A stretch of DNA of 64,000 nucleotides from Gammaproteobacteria bacterium (lineage in GTDB: Bacteria; Pseudomonadota; Gammaproteobacteria; UBA4575): assembly GCA_965243395.1 (NCBI GenBank), contig CBDEUS010000002.1, forward strand, positions 1,152,001-1,216,000, given 5' to 3'. A program made the position numbers and the translations under genes. The notes under the pieces are model-generated. The model made no database searches. It was not told where the DNA came from and saw only the letters and a program-made list of their open reading frames with translations. Each line of letters begins with the position of its first letter. The first letter of the stretch is position 1. Positions 59,956 to 64,000 of this stretch are shown one piece after another.

Positions 59956-60261
59956 ATGGCTAAGCTTTCAATGATTGCGCGCGACACAAAACGAGAAAAA
60001 GTAGTGCGTAGGTATGCAGCGAAACGCGCAGAGTTAAAGGCAATAATTAAAAGCCCAACCGCAAGCTACGAAGAAAAAGAAGCGGCAACATTAAAATTAC
60101 AAAAGTTGCCTAAGAATGCGAGTCCTGTGCGCTTGCGTAATCGTTGTAACTTAACCGGTAGACCTAAAGGCTACTATCGTAAATTTGGTTTAGGTCGCAA
60201 TAAACTTCGTGAAGCAGCGATGCGTGGTGATGTGCCAGGATTAGTAAAAGCAAGCTGGTGA
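59956..60261 (+). CDS. rpsN: 30S ribosomal protein S14 (long, C- type)
   Basis: [10 protein letters not shown] and PGLVKASW. Confidence 0.99.
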   Translation: MAKLSMIARDTKREKVVRRYAAKRAELKAIIKSPTASYEEKEAATLKLQKLPKNASPVRLRNRCNLTGRPKGYYRKFGLGRNKLREAAMRGDVPGLVKASW

Positions 60262-60283
60262 TAAAGAGTAAGGAATTCGTTAT

Positions 60284-60679
60284 ATGAGTATGAGTGACCC
60301 AATTTCCGATATGTTAACGCGTATTCGTAATGGACAAAGTGCGAATAAAGTCACAGTCGATATTCCAGCTTCAAATGTTAAAAAAGCTATTGCGAATGTG
60401 CTTAAAGAAGAAGGTTTTATTGAAGACTTTGCTATAAATGAAGATGGTGCAAAGTCAACTATTACGGTAACGCTTAAATACTATATGGGTGAACCTGTGA
60501 TCTCCAAGTTAAAGCGTATAAGTCGTCCGGGACTGCGTATATATAAAAGTGTTGACGAATTACCACGTGTTATAGGCGGTATGGGAGTTGCCATTATTTC
60601 TACATCTAATGGTGTTATGAGTGACCGTGCTGCTCGTGCAGCTGGGCACGGTGGTGAAGTGTTGTGTACTGTCGAATAA
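60284..60679 (+). CDS. rpsH: 30S ribosomal protein S8
   Basis: [12 protein letters not shown] and SRPGLRIY. Confidence 0.99.
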   Translation: MSMSDPISDMLTRIRNGQSANKVTVDIPASNVKKAIANVLKEEGFIEDFAINEDGAKSTITVTLKYYMGEPVISKLKRISRPGLRIYKSVDELPRVIGGMGVAIISTSNGVMSDRAARAAGHGGEVLCTVE

Positions 60680-60708
60680 TTTAGAGCAGATATAAAGAGT
60701 TAATAGTT

Positions 60709-61236
60709 ATGTCACGAGTCGCTAGCCAACCAGTTGTTATACCGTCAGGTGTTCATGTAAAGCTTGACGGCCAGCATCTTGCTGTGAAGGGTTCTAAGGG
60801 CGAAATGTCCATGGATATTCATGACGATGTACATGTCGAACATAATGATAATGAAATTAATGTGCAAACCGAAAAATCAAAAAACATTGCAATGGCTGGA
60901 ACTATGCGATCACTGATTAACAACTTGGTTATAGGTGTAAGTGATGGTTTTGAGAAAAAATTAGAACTTGTGGGTGTGGGTTATCGTGCTCAATCAAAAG
61001 GAAAAGTTTTAAATTTAAATTTAGGTTTCTCTCACCCAATTGATTATAACGTCCCCGAGGGTGTGAAAATTGAAACCCCTAGCCAAACAGAAGTGGTTGT
61101 GAGTGGTTTTGATAAACAAAAAGTAGGCCAAGTGGCTGCAGAAATTCGAGCTTTTAGACCACCTGAACCTTATAAAGGTAAAGGCGTGAAATATGCAGAT
61201 GAAAGAATTGTGCGTAAAGAAGCTAAAAAGAAATAA
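60709..61236 (+). CDS. rplF: 50S ribosomal protein L6
   Basis: GVGYRA and [10 protein letters not shown]. Confidence 0.99.
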   Translation: MSRVASQPVVIPSGVHVKLDGQHLAVKGSKGEMSMDIHDDVHVEHNDNEINVQTEKSKNIAMAGTMRSLINNLVIGVSDGFEKKLELVGVGYRAQSKGKVLNLNLGFSHPIDYNVPEGVKIETPSQTEVVVSGFDKQKVGQVAAEIRAFRPPEPYKGKGVKYADERIVRKEAKKK

Positions 61237-61248
61237 ATAAGTAAAAGC

Positions 61249-61602
61249 ATGGATAAAACGAAATCAAGATTACGAAGAGCGCGCAAAACTCGCAGCAAAA
61301 TTGCTGAGTTGAATGAGCATCGATTATGTGTACATCGTACCTCTAAACATATTTATGCTCAGGTGATTGCTCCAAGTGGCGATCAAACTTTGGTTGCGGC
61401 TTCATCTGTCGAGCCCGAAGTTCGTGGCGCTATTAAATATAGTGGCAATGTAGATGCTGCGAAAGCAGTTGGTGAAAAAATTGCACAGCGTGCAAAAGAT
61501 AAAGGTATAGAGTCTGTTGCATTTGATCGATCTGGTTTTAGATATCATGGTCGGGTTAAAGCACTCGCTGAGGCTGCGCGCGAAGCAGGCCTTAAATTTT
61601 AA
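61249..61602 (+). CDS. rplR: 50S ribosomal protein L18
   Basis: HIYAQ and [12 protein letters not shown]. Confidence 0.99.
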   Translation: MDKTKSRLRRARKTRSKIAELNEHRLCVHRTSKHIYAQVIAPSGDQTLVAASSVEPEVRGAIKYSGNVDAAKAVGEKIAQRAKDKGIESVAFDRSGFRYHGRVKALAEAAREAGLKF

Positions 61603-61636
61603 CTAGAGATTTTAATTTAGAGAACGTAAAGAACTT

Positions 61637-62143
61637 ATGGCTGCAAACGAACCAGCAAGAATATCAGACGGTCTTGAAGAGAGATTGGTTTCAGTTAACC
61701 GTGTGGCCAAAGTTGTTAAAGGTGGTCGCCAGTTTGGCTTTACTGCATTGACAGTAGTTGGCGATGGAAACGGCAAAATTGGTGTCGGATATGGTAAGGC
61801 GCGTGAAGTTCCACTAGCAATTCAAAAAGCGATGGAAAAAGCACGAAAAGAAATGGTCCAAGTACCAATTAATGAAGGGACCTTATATTACCCGGTAGTG
61901 GGTACGCATGGAGCAGCTAAAGTATTCATGCAGCCAGCATCTGTCGGTACGGGAATTATCGCAGGTGGTGCAATGCGAGCGGTGTTTGAAGTAGTAGGCG
62001 TTAAGAATGTTTTATCTAAATGTATCGGTTCAAGAAATCCTATTAATGTTGTTAAGGCAACAATTGATGCATTAAACACTATGCAATCACCCGACTATAT
62101 TGCGGCTAAACGTGGCAAGACAGTAGAAGAAGTACTGTCATAG
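61637..62143 (+). CDS. rpsE: 30S ribosomal protein S5
   Basis: KVVKGGR and GTGIIAGG. Confidence 0.99.
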   Translation: MAANEPARISDGLEERLVSVNRVAKVVKGGRQFGFTALTVVGDGNGKIGVGYGKAREVPLAIQKAMEKARKEMVQVPINEGTLYYPVVGTHGAAKVFMQPASVGTGIIAGGAMRAVFEVVGVKNVLSKCIGSRNPINVVKATIDALNTMQSPDYIAAKRGKTVEEVLS

Positions 62144-62157
62144 CGAATTTTGTAGAT

Positions 62158-62340
62158 ATGAGTAAACAATTAAAAGTTACGTTGGTGAAAAGTCTAAATG
62201 GTCGCTTGGCGGCACATAAGGCTTGCGCGCACGGGTTAGGTATTCGGCGTATTCACAACCCTGTTACAGTAATCGATACTCCAGAAAATCGAGGCATGAT
62301 CAATAAGATTAGCTACATGCTTAAAGTAGAAGAAGCGTAA
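62158..62340 (+). CDS. rpmD: 50S ribosomal protein L30
   Basis: KVTLVKS and DTPENRGMI. Confidence 0.98.
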   Translation: MSKQLKVTLVKSLNGRLAAHKACAHGLGIRRIHNPVTVIDTPENRGMINKISYMLKVEEA

Positions 62341-62348
62341 GACAATTT

Positions 62349-62783
62349 ATGAATTTAAACTCACTAAAACCAGCTGAAGGAAGTCGTCCTAGTCGTAAAC
62401 GAGTGGGCCGTGGAATGGGCTCTGGCTCTGGCAAAACCTGTGGTCGTGGTCATAAAGGTCAACGTTCGCGTTCTGGTGGATATCACAAAGTTGGTTTTGA
62501 AGGTGGTCAAATGCCTTTGCAAAGACGTTTGCCAAAAGTTGGTTTTCGTTCTCGTAAAGTTTCGTTGACTGCTGAGGTTCGATTACATGAACTTGAATTA
62601 GTGGATGATGAAGTAATTGATATGGATGCGCTTAAAGACGCAAAGTTAATCCCAGCTGTAACTAAAAAAGTTAAAGTCATTCAATCTGGCAAGATTGAAA
62701 AGGCAGTTAAAACAAAAGGTTTGCATTTTACTGCGGGCGCAAAAAAAGCAGTTGAAGCTGCTGGAGGGACAATAGAAGTATAA
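62349..62783 (+). CDS. rplO: 50S ribosomal protein L15
   Basis: RVGRGMGSG and GFEGGQMPL. Confidence 0.99.
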   Translation: MNLNSLKPAEGSRPSRKRVGRGMGSGSGKTCGRGHKGQRSRSGGYHKVGFEGGQMPLQRRLPKVGFRSRKVSLTAEVRLHELELVDDEVIDMDALKDAKLIPAVTKKVKVIQSGKIEKAVKTKGLHFTAGAKKAVEAAGGTIEV

Positions 62784-64000
62784 TGTCTCGTGCTGCTGCT
62801 AATGTAGGTTCTCTTGCAGGCTTGGGTCAGGTATCTGAGCTACGTAAGCGTCTTTTATTCGTTTTATTTGCACTAATTGTTTATCGCATTGGTACGTTTA
62901 TTCCTGTGCCAGGTATCGACCCAGGCGCGATGAGCAGATTTTTTGACCAGCAAAGTAGTACGATTTTGGGAATGTTCAATATGTTTTCGGGTGGAGCGTT
63001 GGAACGTTTGAGCATATTTGCCCTAGGAATCATGCCTTACATATCTGCATCTATCATCATGCAATTAATGAGTGCTGTATTGCCATCTCTTAAAGAATTA
63101 AAGAAAGAGGGCGAATCTGGACGTAGAAAAATTACCCAGTACACACGTTATGGAACATTATTTTTAGCTACTTTCCAAGCCATAGGTGTATCTGTTGCAT
63201 TACAAAATCAGCAAATTGCACTATCACCTGGAATTGGTTTTATGTTTACCGCGACTATTTCTTTAGTAACCGGTGCAATCTTTTTAATGTGGTTAGGTGA
63301 GCAAATTACCGAATTCGGAATTGGCAATGGAATATCTATTATTATTTTTGCAGGCATAGTGGCGGGTCTTCCTTCTGCGATCGGTGGCACCTTGGATTTA
63401 GTTTCTCAAGGCGCAATGGGTGAAGGATTTGCACTATTTTTATTTCTCATGGCTATTTTAGTTACTGCATTCGTCATATTTGTTGAACGTGCACAAAGGC
63501 GTATTACCGTCAACTACGCCCGCAGACAACAAGGTAGAAAAATGTATGCAGCTCAGTCTTCGCATTTGCCTTTGAAGCTGAACATGTCAGGTGTAATTCC
63601 GCCTATTTTTGCATCGAGTATAATTTTATTTCCTGCGACTTTATTACAATGGACTAGTAGTGCCGAAGGTAACTTTTCGTTTTTAAACAGTATTGCTACT
63701 GCAATTTCGCCGGGACAACCTTTATATGTGATGTTATATGCACTAGCAATTGTATTTTTCTGTTTCTTTTATACAGCAATCGTTTTTGATTCACGTGAGA
63801 CTGCAGATAATTTAAAGCGTTCAGGAGCCTTTATTCCAGGTATTCGTCCAGGTGATCAAACAGCAAATTATATTGATTCAGTTTTGACTCGCTTAACGGC
63901 TGTGGGTGCTGTCTACATTACACTAGTGTGTTTACTACCAGAATTTCTAATTTTAAAATTTGGTGTACCGTTTTATTTTGGCGGCACATCTTTATTGATT
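62783..64000 (+). CDS. secY: preprotein translocase subunit SecY (runs off the right edge of the window)
   Basis: Not in the ORF track. ATG 62783 overlaps the rplO stop; translation includes [39 protein letters not shown] and [10 protein letters not shown]. Confidence 0.98.
   Translation, partial: MSRAAANVGSLAGLGQVSELRKRLLFVLFALIVYRIGTFIPVPGIDPGAMSRFFDQQSSTILGMFNMFSGGALERLSIFALGIMPYISASIIMQLMSAVLPSLKELKKEGESGRRKITQYTRYGTLFLATFQAIGVSVALQNQQIALSPGIGFMFTATISLVTGAIFLMWLGEQITEFGIGNGISIIIFAGIVAGLPSAIGGTLDLVSQGAMGEGFALFLFLMAILVTAFVIFVERAQRRITVNYARRQQGRKMYAAQSSHLPLKLNMSGVIPPIFASSIILFPATLLQWTSSAEGNFSFLNSIATAISPGQPLYVMLYALAIVFFCFFYTAIVFDSRETADNLKRSGAFIPGIRPGDQTANYIDSVLTRLTAVGAVYITLVCLLPEFLILKFGVPFYFGGTSLLI

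Overview
AT-rich gammaproteobacterial chromosome, mostly housekeeping. Left end: anmK (partial), an M23 peptidase, tyrS and an MscS channel. These are followed by a complete rrn operon (16S, tRNA-Ile, tRNA-Ala, 23S, 5S) with a degenerate extra tRNA-Ile copy in the spacer. About 18 kb of mixed genes follow: a Cys-His-Asp secreted protein, a lipoprotein truncated haemoglobin, uup, an acidic repeat autotransporter, selU/mnmH, DUF3047, a MetX-like hydrolase, a Cys-minus HisI, a second MscS, a small zf-CHCC gene missed by the ORF track, a dsrE-tusA-sqr-DUF1641 sulfur operon, a two-gene operon of unknown function preceded by a CIRCE element, glnS, DUF3465 and an SLT. Next come birA-coaX-SPOR, an inverted tRNA-Thr(TGT), three inserted genes, and tRNA-Tyr/Gly/Thr-tuf-tRNA-Trp-secE-nusG-rplKAJL-rpoBC. 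The str, S10 and spc ribosomal protein genes run to a partial secY. The best candidate for an undescribed system is the CIRCE/HrcA-preceded pair of hypothetical genes at 24473-25909. No CRISPR array, transposase or integrase was seen. All family assignments come from recognising motifs by eye, not from database searches.
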